Source: Octopus vulgaris
Taxonomy: Eukaryota
Length of the DNA stretch: 64,000 bases
Direction of reading: 5' to 3'
Assembly (NCBI GenBank): GCA_951406725.2
Contig: OX597817.1
Span: forward strand, 162,440,001-162,504,000
Part shown: positions 38,921 to 51,770 of the stretch, in pieces
Position numbering within the stretch: position 1 is the first letter of the stretch
Layout: the number at the start of each line of letters is the position of its first letter
Position numbers and translations under genes: made by a program
Notes under the pieces: generated by a model
Databases searched by the model: none
Seen by the model: the letters and a program-made list of their open reading frames with translations, nothing else
What the model was told of the DNA's origin: nothing

Positions 38921-39156
38921 GAGTGTTTCTTAACCATTTTTTACCTATGGACTCCTTTTATTCTTATTTTACTCAGATGGACCCTCCTAGCCATTCGATG
39001 CTTTAAAAAAGTATTAAGTTTTTATAATTAAATATAATTAGGAATTGTATACGAGAAAATTGTTACAATATTTTGTGTATTGTAGAAGTATAACTAATTT
39101 ATTGCAGAAAAATTTCAACAACAAAATCGTATTCGAGCCCTGGTTGAGAACCACTG
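38921..39156. mobile_element. hAT-type MITE
   Basis: degenerate CAGTGGTTCTCAACC TIRs; imperfect 8-bp flanks gtcaagca / ttcaagga; related end at ~27990-28078. Confidence 0.6.
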
Positions 39157-39449
39157 TTCAAGGACATGACAACCTCTCTAGTGTAGGTGCCAAGGTAAAA
39201 ATGTACCTGTAACACACTGCACAGTGGCTGGTTTTAGGAAGGTCAGCTAACCGTAAATACCATGCTCAAATAAAATGTACAGAAATGTGATCCCCAAACC
39301 ATGCATAATAAGACAGGGATTCTGAGCAAGAGCTGACTGAAGTTGTGATGAACTGTCCAAGCTATACTAGCATGGAAAGCAAACATAAAATGATGATAAA
39401 GATGACTAATGATGATGATGAGCAAAGCATAACGTTTTCTTATTAAGTA

Positions 39450-39962
39450 CTAGCAGTATCGCCCGGCGTTGCTCGGGTTTGTAAGGGAAATAACTATATA
39501 AGCATTTTTAGAGAGTTACTTCCCTTATAGATGCCAATTCGGGCTTTCTTAGCCATTTCTGTTTTGGTGTCTTCAAGCCATGAAGTCGTTGTTCTAAAAG
39601 AACGCTGGTCTCCTTGACAACGCATTACGACGTTGTTTTCCTTACACTCCCTTCCCCACAGCTTCACGAGGGAGGGAAGAAGGGGGAGAAGCAAACAGGT
39701 GCAGGTGTGACCATGGACGCCAACTCCGCCGCCATCGACACACGAAAAATTATGCATTAAAATGGAATAAAAAATGATGTTAAATTATTTTTAAAATCGT
39801 AGTCTCATCATAGACGCGCGCTAATACTCAGACAGGCTCGATATGAATCACGACTATAAGATACCCGAATTTGGTTAAACTGCACCGCAAAATGTGGGAG
39901 TAGTTAGGAATCTAAATCGAAAGGGACAGACACTCACACAACTACAGTTTTATATATATAGA
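39450..39962 (-). mobile_element. non-autonomous Helitron
   Basis: same TC / hairpin-CTAG termini; interior similar to 14688-15323. Confidence 0.9.
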
Positions 39963-41029
39963 TATTTTTTGGGAGAGACAAAGAAAACATTGACTTATAA
40001 TTATTTTATAACCTATTTTATGAATAGCATAGCAATCTCTAAATTAAGATCATGTAAAAACTAGTTTAAATATAATAGAGTCACACTAAATAAGAATCCC
40101 AGTGAATAGAAGCCAATGGTACAATGAATGCTATGATGAGGAAAATAACCAGGCAAACTGAAGCCTATGGCATGCAAAGCATAGCTTCCAATGTTATTTA
40201 ACTCTTTTACATAATTTAAATCCTAAATAACTGCTGCAATAAGGTTCTGGTGTACATGTGAGGTAAGTCAAATGACCTTTTGATCTGTTTATTCAGTTTT
40301 TAAATATGCACCTTTATCTGCAGGAATATTGTAATAAACATGTTAATACACAAGACCTTAAGAAGTTCATAGACCTCATTAACCTGGGATTGGGGGAACA
40401 ATCCATCTAGAGGGAGGAAAACCTTGATTCCAAATCCCAAACTGTTTGCAGCCATACCCAGCCATTGGAAAAACTTTAGGAATAAACTCTGAACAAAAAC
40501 CATGAGCTGGAGCCCAAGGCAGTTTGACATTGTCTACAGCCTCATTCTAGCAATACCTGTGATGCTGGTACCAAATTGAAATGGCCATGCTGTTTCATTA
40601 GATCCATCAATGACATGGAGTGGTGGTGGAGAGGGGTCATGTTGCATGGGCAACAACCTGTCCCCACACCATACTATCCAAGGACTGGATTCTATTGAGC
40701 AGCCTATACTGGAGGGATAGCCACAGACAATACTTTTCTGGTGGAGCAGACAACTAGGACCTTCATTCACGATCATTAACCACAGATGAAGGCCACAAAA
40801 AAAGAAAAAAAATTCATAGCTTCTCATGAAGGTCCAAGGCAGAGACTTCGCCATATTATCTATAAGCAACCTTATATGCATGTTTACAGTTTCAGTATTA
40901 TTATTATGGCTTGTTTCCAACTTGGACCACAGCAACGAAGTCCACTTGCCACACTTCTAAGTCCAACATCACTGCCTCAAGGCTCTGGATACATTCCAGG
41001 CCAGTAGCTACATCAAGTTGTTGATGTAA

Positions 41030-41490
41030 GTGTGACAACATTTTCCGCTTCTTACATCACCTCAAGTTGGTTTCACAAGACTAATTGGGATGCTTCCAGA
41101 TCAGGGTGGCATACACAATGACCAGAGATAGTTGCAGCTGTCTTTGCCTGATCTCCTCACTAACTTTCAACAGGTCTCCATAATGGCATTCATTTTTCAT
41201 ATGTTGCTACCATTTCACATTTAGGGTGATTCACAGCATCCTTGTGTAGCATCCATTTAGCCCGCTTGATTTTTTCTTTGTCAGTCTCCATGTTTCACTG
41301 CCATATAACAGCACTGATTCAACTGTTTGCTTTGAGTGGTTCCAAACTGAATATAACTGAAGGCTTCAAGTACTTAAGTGGTTTGGTGAGCAGTTCAGAA
41401 GCAGACATCAAGATCAAGAAGGCTCAAGCATGGACAGGCTGTCACAAACTAAAGAAGGTCTGGAACTCCAAATCGCCCAGACAAATCAAA
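41030..41490. mobile_element. LINE (RTE-like) fragments
   Basis: EGFKYLSGLVSSSEADIKIKKAQAWTGCHKLKKVWNSK resembles an RT C-terminal region. Confidence 0.55.
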
Positions 41491-41986
41491 AACAACAATA
41501 ATAAAATGGAAAACCACGAAGAGATTAATTACTTCACTGAGACAGAGACATGATTTAATGACATCACAAACGGACAAATTTGTATTGATAGAAATTTGAT
41601 GAGCAATAGATAACAATAAATATCACCATTAGCACATAACATTGAACACAAACAAAAAAAAAACATTGAAATTTAGTATGTACACTCTATGCCCCACTTA
41701 CCATTTGTGTCACATTCACTAATTAGAGAATAATTAAAAAATATATATATAGATATACAGAGATAAATAGACAGAAATATAAACATATAGGTGCAGGTAT
41801 GTTTGTATTGCTTATTGTCCCACGACCACCACTTAACAACTTGTGGTGGTTAGTTTATGTCCCCATAACTTAGCAGCTTGGCAAGAGAGATCGAGACAAT
41901 AACTATTGGGGTTCTTAGCTCAACTAAACCCTTCAAGGTAGTTCTCCAGCACAGCCACAGTCCAATGACTGAAACAAGTAAAAATG

Positions 41987-42061
<75 letters not shown>

Positions 42062-42118
42062 AAGAGAGAGAGAGACACATGCATGCATGCACACACACAC
42101 AAGCACACATATACACAC

Positions 42119-42610
42119 ATGGTGTCCCAAAATTAAGGCAACCAACTTTTTTCAATTTTGTCAAAGCAAAATATTGTTACATTTCAGGTCCAAGCATTGC
42201 AGTGCAATCGTAAAAGAAACACAATTATGACACTAACCACATTTATTCGATATGACCACCTCTCTTTCAAATCATAGCCTGAAGTCTAGGTGCAAGTGTT
42301 TCACATGCAGTACACAGCTGTTCTTGCTGAATCAAAGTCCATTCCTGGTGCAGTTTTGCCTTCAGAGTATCAAGTGAAGCATGAGAAGTGCTCAAAACCC
42401 TTGTCTTCAAAATGGACTAAACAGAAAAATCCAATGGGTTGAGATTGGGGCTCCTTGAGGGCCATACATCTTTGCCTGTGAATGACAGAATGTTTCTTTG
42501 AATCCAGTGTTGTGTCTGTTTGGAGCTGTAGGATGGTGCCCAGTCCTGTTGGAGGCACCAAGGTGTGCCTTGAAAGTGCTTATTTGCTCATGGCAGCAGT
42601 TCAGCTTCCA
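42119..42610 (-). mobile_element. Tc1/mariner (maT/DD37D-like) 3' fragment
   Basis: minus-strand WPSRSPNLNPLDFSV and APRLQAMI*KRGGHIE*; end sequence GGTGTCCCAAAATTAAGGCAAC. Confidence 0.75.
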
Positions 42611-43369
42611 GTTTTGAATTAATCATGCTTTATCTTGTAGCATCAAGATTTCAATAATGTGATTTGTTTATTTTTACAATGCCATTGTAGGGGAGGTGAG
42701 AGAGCCTGGGTCTGGCCAGTTTGAACATAAAACAGACAGAATACTTTGGCTGGATATGGCTGGTTTAAATGCTAAAGGGTTAAGGGAACTCATTATTTGG
42801 AAGGCACATCAGTAAAGTAAACAATGAAACACAACTCAAAGCTAATTTACCATGGCCCTTCTGCAGCTGTTAGGCCTGTTGATGATATTAATGTCCTGCT
42901 CAGTCCCTCTACATTCACCTCAGACATCTATAAGTGGAAGCCAAGGATCAGGAGAGCATCATACCTCTACTAACTCATAATGACAAGTTATGCCCTCTAC
43001 TCCAAGTTCATTAGATAAATGAAATTAAAATTTTACAGTATTCAATTATTAATCTTCATATATTGTAATGTTAAACGGTGAAGGCAGGTAGCGTAGTGGT
43101 TAAGGGTGTTACACTCATGATCAAAAGATTGTGGTTTCAATTCCCAGACCAAGTTGGTGCACTGAGTTCTTAAGCAAAACACTTCATTTCTCTTTGCTCC
43201 AGTGCAGTTGGCTGTAAAATGGGTTCCAGTAATAACTGGGAGGTTAACCCTTGTGACAGATCAGCATTCTGCTCAGCAGACAGTGTTGTAAATCTCTGTC
43301 ACTCTTGCTCTGGAAACTTGGCTAAGCTCCGCCCTTATGAGTCCTAGGGTTCATAACAGACCTAAGTAA

Positions 43370-43719
43370 AAAGGGTAAAGACTCCCTTTGGTCATCAGTG
43401 ACCATGGGATTGCACCTAGAAAGCTTCCCTCTGAGAAACAAGTCTGAGCAAGTTTGTTTATAGAAGACCAGCAGTTTCCCATGCATACCGGCCTCCCCTT
43501 TCCACGTCACCGGTGTTATCCAAGGGAAAGGGAAAGGCCGATACAGCTTGGCACCAGTGATGTTGAAACTCATTTCTAAAGCTGAGTGAACTGTAGCAAC
43601 ATGAAAATAAAAGTGTCTTGCTCAAGAATAAAAAACCCAGCTCAGCCAAGGAATTGAACTTATATATAACCTCATGATTGTAAGCCCAACTCTTTAACTA
43701 CTGAGCCATGCACCTTGAC
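43370..43719 (-). mobile_element. tRNA-derived SINE (family E); second copy ~36594-36898
   Basis: 15-bp TSD AACAGACCTAAGTAA (43355-43369, 43720-43734). Confidence 0.88.
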
Positions 43720-43993
43720 AACAGACCTAAGTAATGTTAAATATTTATGTTTCATATAGTTATATAATGTTTGCAGTATTTTTGTAATTTTGTTACTATT
43801 TATCATGTTCGGTACACAGTATGTATATATTTCCAATATCGTATTAACCCGTTAAGCGCTACCACAGGTTAACACAACAATGGCTAACACAAACATTTCT
43901 CTATTAACACAGTTTAACAAGAATTCATTGATTCACTGCATATATATGTACACACACATACACACCCATACGTATATACATACATATATGTAT

Positions 43994-44406
43994 ACTCTTT
44001 ACTCTTTTACTTGTTTCAGTCATTTGACTGTGGCCATGCTGGAGCACCGCCTTTAGTCGAGCAAATCGACCCCGGGACTTATTCTTTGTAAGCCCAGTAC
44101 TTATTCTATCGGTCTCTTTTGCCGAACCGCTAGGTGACGGGGACGTAAACACACCAGCATCGGTTGTCAAGCAATGCTAGGGGGACAAACACTGACACAG
44201 AAATACACACACACACATACATATACATATATATACATATATACGACAGGCTTCTTTCAGTTTCCGTCTACCAAATCCACTCACAAGGCATTGGTTGGCC
44301 CAGGGCTATAGCAGAAGACACTTAACCAAGATGCCACGCAGTGGGATTGAACCCGGAACCATGTGGTTGGTTAGCAAGCTATTTACCACACAGCCACTCC
44401 TGCGCC
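43994..44406 (-). mobile_element. full-length SINE family A
   Basis: near-identical to 6706-7124. Confidence 0.92.
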
Positions 44407-44485
44407 ATATATAGATATGATAAAACAAATGCATGAACATAGTCTCAAGGTAACAAATCAGTTTATAACATTTATAACATACTGA

Positions 44486-44547
<62 letters not shown>

Positions 44548-44584
44548 TATATTATATACACACACACACATACATATATACATT

Positions 44585-45811
44585 ACGTTGGGCAAAGTTC
44601 AAAGAGTTCCTACCTCTGCTGGTAACAAAGGGCCTCTCGCTCAGAGTGAAAGGTAGACTGTATGATGTCTGTGTTCAAACAGCCATGCTACATTGCAGTG
44701 AAACATGAGCTATAACTGCTGAGGACATGTGTAGGCTTGCAAGAAGCTATTATGTTTTGCTGGATGTATAATGTCAGTGCATATGCATGAGAGTGTAAGT
44801 GTCCTGGGAGAAAAGTTGGACATAAAAAGTATCAAGTGTGGTGTGCAAGAGAGACAACTGCACTGGTATGGTCATCTGATTCATATGGATTAGGACAGCT
44901 GTGTGAAGAAGTGTTGCACTCTAATGGTGGAGGGAACCTGTGGAAGAGGTAGACCCAGGAAGACATGCGATGAGGTGGTGAACCACGAACTTCAAATTTT
45001 GAGCCTCACAGAAGCAATGACAAGCAACCAAGACCTTTGGAGATATGCTGTACTTGAGAAAACCCAACAAGCCAAGTGAGATCATAGGTGTAGGCGCGTG
45101 GCTTAGTGGTTAGGTTGTTGAACTTCTGATTGTAAGGTTGTGGTTTCGATTCCTGGACCGGGCGATGCATTGTGTTCTTGAGCAAAACACTTCATTTCAC
45201 GTTGCTCCAGTCCACTCAGCTGGCAAAAATGAGTAATCCTGCGACGGACCGGCGTCCCGTCTAGGTGGGGAATTTCTACGCCACTGAAACTGGGAAATCG
45301 GCTCTAATGAGCCTGGCATGGCTCGAGAAGGAAAAAGTGAGATCATAGCCATGGCCAATGCTAGTGTCGTGTAACTGGCCCATTAAAAGCACCCTTCAAT
45401 TGTTGGGCAATATGTTGAGCTTGTGAAGTCCTGTAGAACTGAGTGAAATCAAAATTGTGGCCAATGTCAGTGTCATCTAACCTTTCAAGTGTTGGGCCTC
45501 ATGGAAGCAGTGACAGGTGACCAAGACCCTTGGCGATATACCGAGCTTGTGGTGACCTGTCAAGTCAAGTGAGACCATAGTCATGGCTAATGCTGATGTC
45601 AGGTCAATGGCAGCCATAAAAAGCACCCACCGACTCCACTCCTAGAGTGGTTGGCATTAGGAAAGGCATCAAGCCATAGAAACCTTGCCAAATTCGATTG
45701 GAACCTGATGCAGCCCACCACCTTACCAGTTTTTAGTTAAACTGTCCGACCCATGCCAGCATGGAAAGCAGATGTTAAACGATCATGATGATGATGATGA
45801 TGATGATGATG
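44585..45811 (+). mobile_element. 5'-truncated RTE LINE (ORF C-terminus, 3' UTR, (GAT)n tail)
   Basis: WAKFKEFLPLLVTKGLSLRVKGRLYDVCVQTAMLHCSET*; the 3' UTR ends in a family B-like sequence. Confidence 0.85.
45088..45334 (+). mobile_element. tRNA-derived SINE nested in the RTE (related copy ~43080-43320)
   Basis: 14-bp TSD AAGTGAGATCATAG (45074-45087, 45335-45348); A/B boxes. Confidence 0.9.
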
Positions 45812-45912
45812 ATATAAAGCAGGAAACCAGGAAAAGTCTCAAAGGTAAATGTTCATAATGATTTAGATGTAGATAAGTACATAAGAAGCGTTTAGTGTTA
45901 ATTTGGCTTAGA

Positions 45913-47557
45913 TGCCATGTTTCCCTGAAAATAAGACCTGGTCTTATATTAATTTTGCATTAAAAAAAATGCACTAGGGCTTGATTTTCAGGGGCTGTAT
46001 TATATTTTTGTGGAAAAAATCCAAGAAAAACAAAAAACTCTAACGTCCTCATGTAAAAGGAAAAAATTGTAAATGTTTAACAAAAAGTTTAACAAAAGTA
46101 TATTTATTTGCTTATTGTTTTCTTTCTCTTCTGGAACATCGTCATAAATCATCAAACCCTGAACTTCAGACTGAATTTCATGCAAATCCATTTCCTGTAG
46201 AACCATGGATCCCAATCTTTTATGTTGGGCAATATAATTTTCCTTAAATGAACACTTTTTGTCCAAGTACCCTGCTTGTAGTGCATTGGCAATTTTATTC
46301 TATGAATTCTTCACCCAATTCATGACTTCTTTGAGGTTGGGTTTCACAAAGTTTCCATGCCGATTTCTCTCCATTCTATGTTCGATATATTAATTCACTT
46401 CCATCGGCAAATAATCTTTGAAGAGCTTGTTTATTACAAGATCTAATGTTTGTAGATATGAAGACATTCCCACAAGAATCATTATGTGGTCAATTTTTTT
46501 TTCAAGAAGGAACGTTTTCATATCTTTTGCGCGATGAGTACTGGCCGAATCCCAAACTAAAAGACAATAAAACAAGTGGCATAGTTAAATCAACCCATTT
46601 TCTTACAACAGCTTGAGCGCACCATGCCTTTTCCGTTTCAAGGACATAAATGCCAAAAACTTGTTCTATTTTCTCCTTTTTGCACTTTGTGATGATAAGC
46701 AGCGGGACTTTCATTCTATCAAGACAAATTGCTAAGATACAAGTAATTCTTGCACTTTCGTAACCCGTTGAGGCAACATAGATTGATGAGGCACCTGTCA
46801 GTTCAATTTTTGTTTTAGATCCTTGGACCATAAATACTGCAGTCTCATCCGTAGCACTTATACTGGAGACATTGTATTTAGAAAAGTCGATGCCATCAAT
46901 GAAGGACTTGAATGCAAGTGCATGTTGAACAGTGTTGCTGATCTTCTTAGAGAGAGAGTTCATATCACCAAAGGAAGTTATCCAACCAATGAGGTGATGC
47001 TTTGAATATCTCTGTGGGTATATCCAACTGTGGTGCCATTGCAAGAGCAAATTCTTGAATATCAGCCTTTGTTCTTCCGTCAGCAATCCATCCCGAGGTG
47101 ATATCTTCCAGCTCAGAAAATAACAGTTGTTGACCTGATCCATACTTGCACTTCTTAGCACTTCCCTCATCCATCTGTCTGCTGAGATTATCATACTCTG
47201 CTCACCATTTTCGAACCATTTGGAGATCCAACATCTTCTCCTTACAGAAAGCTGTAAGATTCTTGCTATGTGACTCTTCCACAATTCCTTTCTTGTACCC
47301 CACAGAATAACTCTTTATTTTTGCTCTCATCTTGCCTAGGGGGCAAGGCAGTCAAGCCAAGGGCGTCAACTCTGTGCATGTGCACTTAGCGCAGACATTA
47401 GCCAAGCTGCGGTAGTTGGTTTATCTTGCAGACATAACACGGTTTTGCCAACAAGCTGATGCATTTTTGACTAGGGGTAAGGCTTATATTAAAAACATCC
47501 TGAAAAATCATGGTAGGGCTTGTTTTCAGAGTAGGTCATATTTTCGGGGAAATACAG
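45913..47557 (-). mobile_element. full-length decayed pogo/Tigger transposon (CENP-B HTH plus DDE_1 pseudogene)
   Basis: TIRs GTTTCCCTGAAAATAAGACC / GGTCATATTTTCGGGGAAATAC; motifs FKASPHWLDNF, ATDETAVF, LLVWDSASTHRA, LQTLDLVINKLFKDYL spread over frameshifts. Confidence 0.92.
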
Positions 47558-47929
47558 AAGGTGAATAAAATCCAAGGTATCACTGGTGAAAAACTAGCTA
47601 TTAATGGAAATGAAGTATGTGTGTGCACACACACACATATATACACACACACACACACATTGAGCTCTTGCCATACCTTTCCCCTTTCATTAATGTTTAA
47701 TTTTTTTTGTATTTTTTTATAATTATTTTTCGGCCGATCCATTTACTAACCAATGGTTGATCACCACAAAACATTTTATTTTATAAACAGTTAAGTCATG
47801 TCTGCAACTCTAAAACTGATTAACATAAGAGGGTGGTCTAAGCACTCTGTAATATATAAATATTTATACTCTCACTTTTCTATTCAAAACTTTTTCCCCC
47901 TCGTTTGTGAAGTCAAATATACCAGCACC

Positions 47930-47960
<31 letters not shown>

Positions 47961-48470
47961 CCTGCTACTGCCACCACTACCACCACCACCACCACCACCA
48001 CCACCACCACCACCACCAGCACCACCACCACCTGCTACCGCTACCACCTGCTACCGCCACCACATGCCATTACCACTGCCACCACCACAAGTATAAGATA
48101 GAAGATAAAAATTTCAAAATGGTTTGTTGTAAGCCTCAATTTTAATTCGATAGATTATACATAAGAATATCTTAATTAATTGGAAGCAAGATCGTTAAAA
48201 ATTTCATCAGTTACAGAACCGAAGGAAACAAGCATTGACCAAAGAGTAGATAGATAAACATGGGTCTATCTATCATAGATTATTTGATTGATGTTTAATC
48301 TATGCTTAATTAAGTGAAAGCTGTTATATTAGGCAATGAAAGATTGAGTTTAACTTTATTCATTCTAGATATTACAACTTAAATTTAATTAAATTAATGC
48401 TGTTTTATTATCCTGGCTATAAATGGGCAGAGGAACTAATGAGTAGTCAACAGCCATTCAACAATGAGTG

Positions 48471-48529
<59 letters not shown>

Positions 48530-48689
48530 ATATGTTTGTGTGGGATATATGTCTATCATATATTTTTAAACTTTTATATCTTTTAATTTTTTTTTTAACT
48601 TTTATATCTTTTAATTTTTTTTTAATATTTATATATATATATATATATATATTTTTGCTGTCTGGGATAGTAGGGTGGAAGTAGCACCT

Positions 48690-50050
48690 GATGGGAGGAT
48701 TGTCACACCCTTTTAGGGTTGGTCCACCCAACTTGGTCCCCACTTGATTCCCAGCTCTCATCTATGGCTCCTTGTAGCTGTTTGCATGCAACAGTGGCCA
48801 CACCCTGTGTAATGACTTTGACAGGCTGACTAAAGTAGGTGAGGGTAGCTGACAGGTCGGAAAGACTTGGCGTATAATTCAGGGCTTGCTTACCCTCAGC
48901 ATGGGAAGACTGGTTCCAGCAGACTAGGCGGACGAGATTAATAGTTGTCCAATGGCTATGAAGGTAGTTCCAGCAGGTGCTATGGAGTGCTTAGGGCAAA
49001 ACAAGATGTGAAGACATTCTGATCATCAACTGCAGCAGGGAAGTCTCTAGACATAACAGTTCTCCATGCCACTGAATCAGGGTTTCTTCTGCCCAAGAGA
49101 GTGGGGTTGTCCATGTGCATCAACTTCTTGCACAGGTGTCTGTGTATCTCAGCCCCCAACTTTCCACTGAAGCCCTGCAGTGATGGGGGGGAATGATGAA
49201 AGTGACAGGTGGAGGTTACCACTAGAAGTCATAGTCACAAACATGCATGTTGGCAGACTGGAACTTTGGTCATTCTTCGAACTCAGGATAGCAGAGGACT
49301 CCAGTAGAATCCCAGGTGACAGAGCAATCTTTTTAAGGAATACATTCCTTACCCCAATAAGTGAGGGGCCTAGAAACGGTGGCCTAAAGAAAGCCTGCCC
49401 TACACTGTCAGGCCAGTTTACTATTGCTGGCAGACTTACCCATTTGTGATCAATTCCAACTGAAAAAGAAGAATCATTGGGATGTGGAATGTGTGAACCC
49501 TTCTAGATTGTGACAATGTCTCAAGACCCCAGAGGACAGCCATACTAGTCAACAAACTGTCATGGTACAACATCAATATTGCCACCTTGAGTGAAACCAG
49601 ACTGGTCAAAGAAGGATCAGTGACCGAATCGAACAGATACACCTTTTTCTGAAAAGTAAAGGCCCAGAAGGAAGACCACATCCACGGGATTGGACCTGCC
49701 ATCAGGACCAAACTCCTCAAACAGATCCCCAATCTCCCGACTGAACCAATAAAAGGCTGCTGAAGATCCACCTCCCCATCAACAACAGGCAATTCATCAC
49801 TATCATGCTCCCACCATGACCTCTATAGAGAAAGTCAAAGAGCTGTTCTACACTGACCTGGACACTCTACTATGCACCACACCTGACACTGACAAGCCCA
49901 TCCCGCCAGGTGATTTCAATGCCAGAGTTGGCAGCGACATCAACAAGTGGAGGGGAGTGATCAGGAAGCATGGTGTAGGCAAGATGAACAGCAACAAACT
50001 TCTCCTGCTGAGCAAATGTTCAGAACATGAACTGCTCATCACAAACAGTG
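48690..50050 (+). mobile_element. 5' part of an RTE-like LINE (UTR plus APE endonuclease pseudogene)
   Basis: IGMWNV*TL, LSETRL, PGDFNARVG, GVIRKHGVGKMNSNKLLLLSKCSEHELLITN. Confidence 0.85.
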
Positions 50051-50894
50051 TGTTGTGTATGTATCATTACATTTATATATGTATATACATATATACATAT
50101 GTGTATATAAATATACATACATGCATATGTACATAATTTATATAATACTATATAATATATATATGCATTATATGTGTGTATTTATTATTTATAATATTAA
50201 ATATATATATATATATATATATATACAAGTATAATATATATATACAAACACACACACACACACACACAGATATGTACATATGTATGTATATATGTTTCTT
50301 CAGAAACATGTCATATTAAGCAATATTATTGTAAGAAATTTTAATTAAAGCCAGAGATAGATTGCAATCATTTCTTTGTCCATTCATTCCAAGCATATTC
50401 TCATATTATTCTTGCACTTTTGATGCCACTTACAGGTTCTACTTAAACCAAACTAATATACAGATTTACTGACCTATAAACAGAATCTATGCCCACCAGT
50501 TAAACTAACTTTAAAAAGCTTGACATTTAATCAACGCTTATGCCAACAATGCTATATAAATATATCATCCTCATCATTTAACATTCACTTTTCATGCTTG
50601 CATTGGTTGGACAGCTTGGCAAGGAGCTAGCTGGCTAGCAGGAAGTAGTCCAGATTCCAACTGTCTGCTGTGGCATGGTTTCTACAGCTGGATGCCCTTC
50701 CTAATGCCAACCATTTAACAGAGTATGCTTCTACTAAATATCAATAGAAAAATATATGTATGTATGTATGTATGTATGTCTTTGTATTTGTCCCCCTACA
50801 TCACTTAACAACTGCTGGTGACTAGTCTAGGTTCCTATAACTTAGCAGTTTAGCAAACGAAACTGATAGAATAAGTATCAGACACAAAAACACA

Positions 50895-51132
50895 TAAGAA
50901 CTGGGGTCGATTTTTTTTATTAAAATCCTAAGAACTGGGGTCAATTTTTTTTATTAAAATCCTAAGAACTGGGATCAATTTTTTTTATTAAAATCCTAAG
51001 AACTGGGATCAATTTTTTTGACTAAAATCCTAAGAACTGGGGTCAATTTTTTTTACTAGAATCCTAAGAACTGGGGTCAATTTTTTTTATTAGAATCCTA
51101 AGAACTGGGGTCGATTTTTTTGACCAAAATCC
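50895..51132 (+). repeat. 33-35-bp tandem array (7 units) amplified inside a family A SINE
   Basis: TAAGAACTGGGGTCAATTTTTTTATTAAAATCC units; SINE sequence resumes on both sides. Confidence 0.9.
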
Positions 51133-51245
51133 TTTGAGGCAGGGCCCCAGCATGGCTGCAGTCTGATGACTGAAACAAGTAAATGATAAAAAATTTCATA
51201 ATGGCTTTGAGAAGAATATGATGAAAATTCAACTTGAGCCGGGTT

Positions 51246-51710
51246 TCAACTCAAAACATGAAGTGTAGTAAAATATTTTGTCCACCACTTTGGTTGGCAT
51301 CCTTTCTGTCTCGGGAGACAATGGAGTTGCGCATAAAGTAGTCTAGTCCGGCTTTTATATTTCATGTCCTGATACATTTCCTGCTGTGGCTGTGTAGTCC
51401 TATCCTGGACAAACACTCTCTCTGGCAGGTACCGCAAATGTAGCGAAGACTGTTCCTGGCTGGTTGTAATGCCATAGTCTCTTGTTGACGTCTCTTCTTT
51501 TCTTTCCATTTCTCCTCTCTCTCTCTCTGTCACTCCTTTGTATTCCCTCTTTTACGGTACGTCGCCATTCTCCACGGTTGCCGGCAACTGCCTCCAGCCG
51601 CTAATATTGATGTTGCAGGCCTTCATGTCCCTTTTGCAAACATCCTTGTAATGTAAGATCGGTCTACCCACAGACTTAGTACCCCTAGCAAGCTCTCCGT
51701 AGAGTATGTC
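51246..51710 (-). mobile_element. RTE-like LINE C-terminal remnant
   Basis: minus strand reads ILYGELARGTKSVGRPILHYKDVCKRDMKACNIN. Confidence 0.7.
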
Positions 51711-51770
51711 CACCACTTTACCATACTGCTAATCTTTTACATTCTCATACGTACTGTATCTACTCATATA

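Noticed and set aside
46502-47284. 260-aa ORF as an intact or domesticated transposase
   Set aside because: The N-terminal half is out of frame, and stops and frameshifts split the HTH and DDE domains
51163-51183. CTGATGACTGAAAC as a hammerhead core
   Set aside because: A point variant of the SINE A tail (CAAATGACTGAAAC) with no room for stem II
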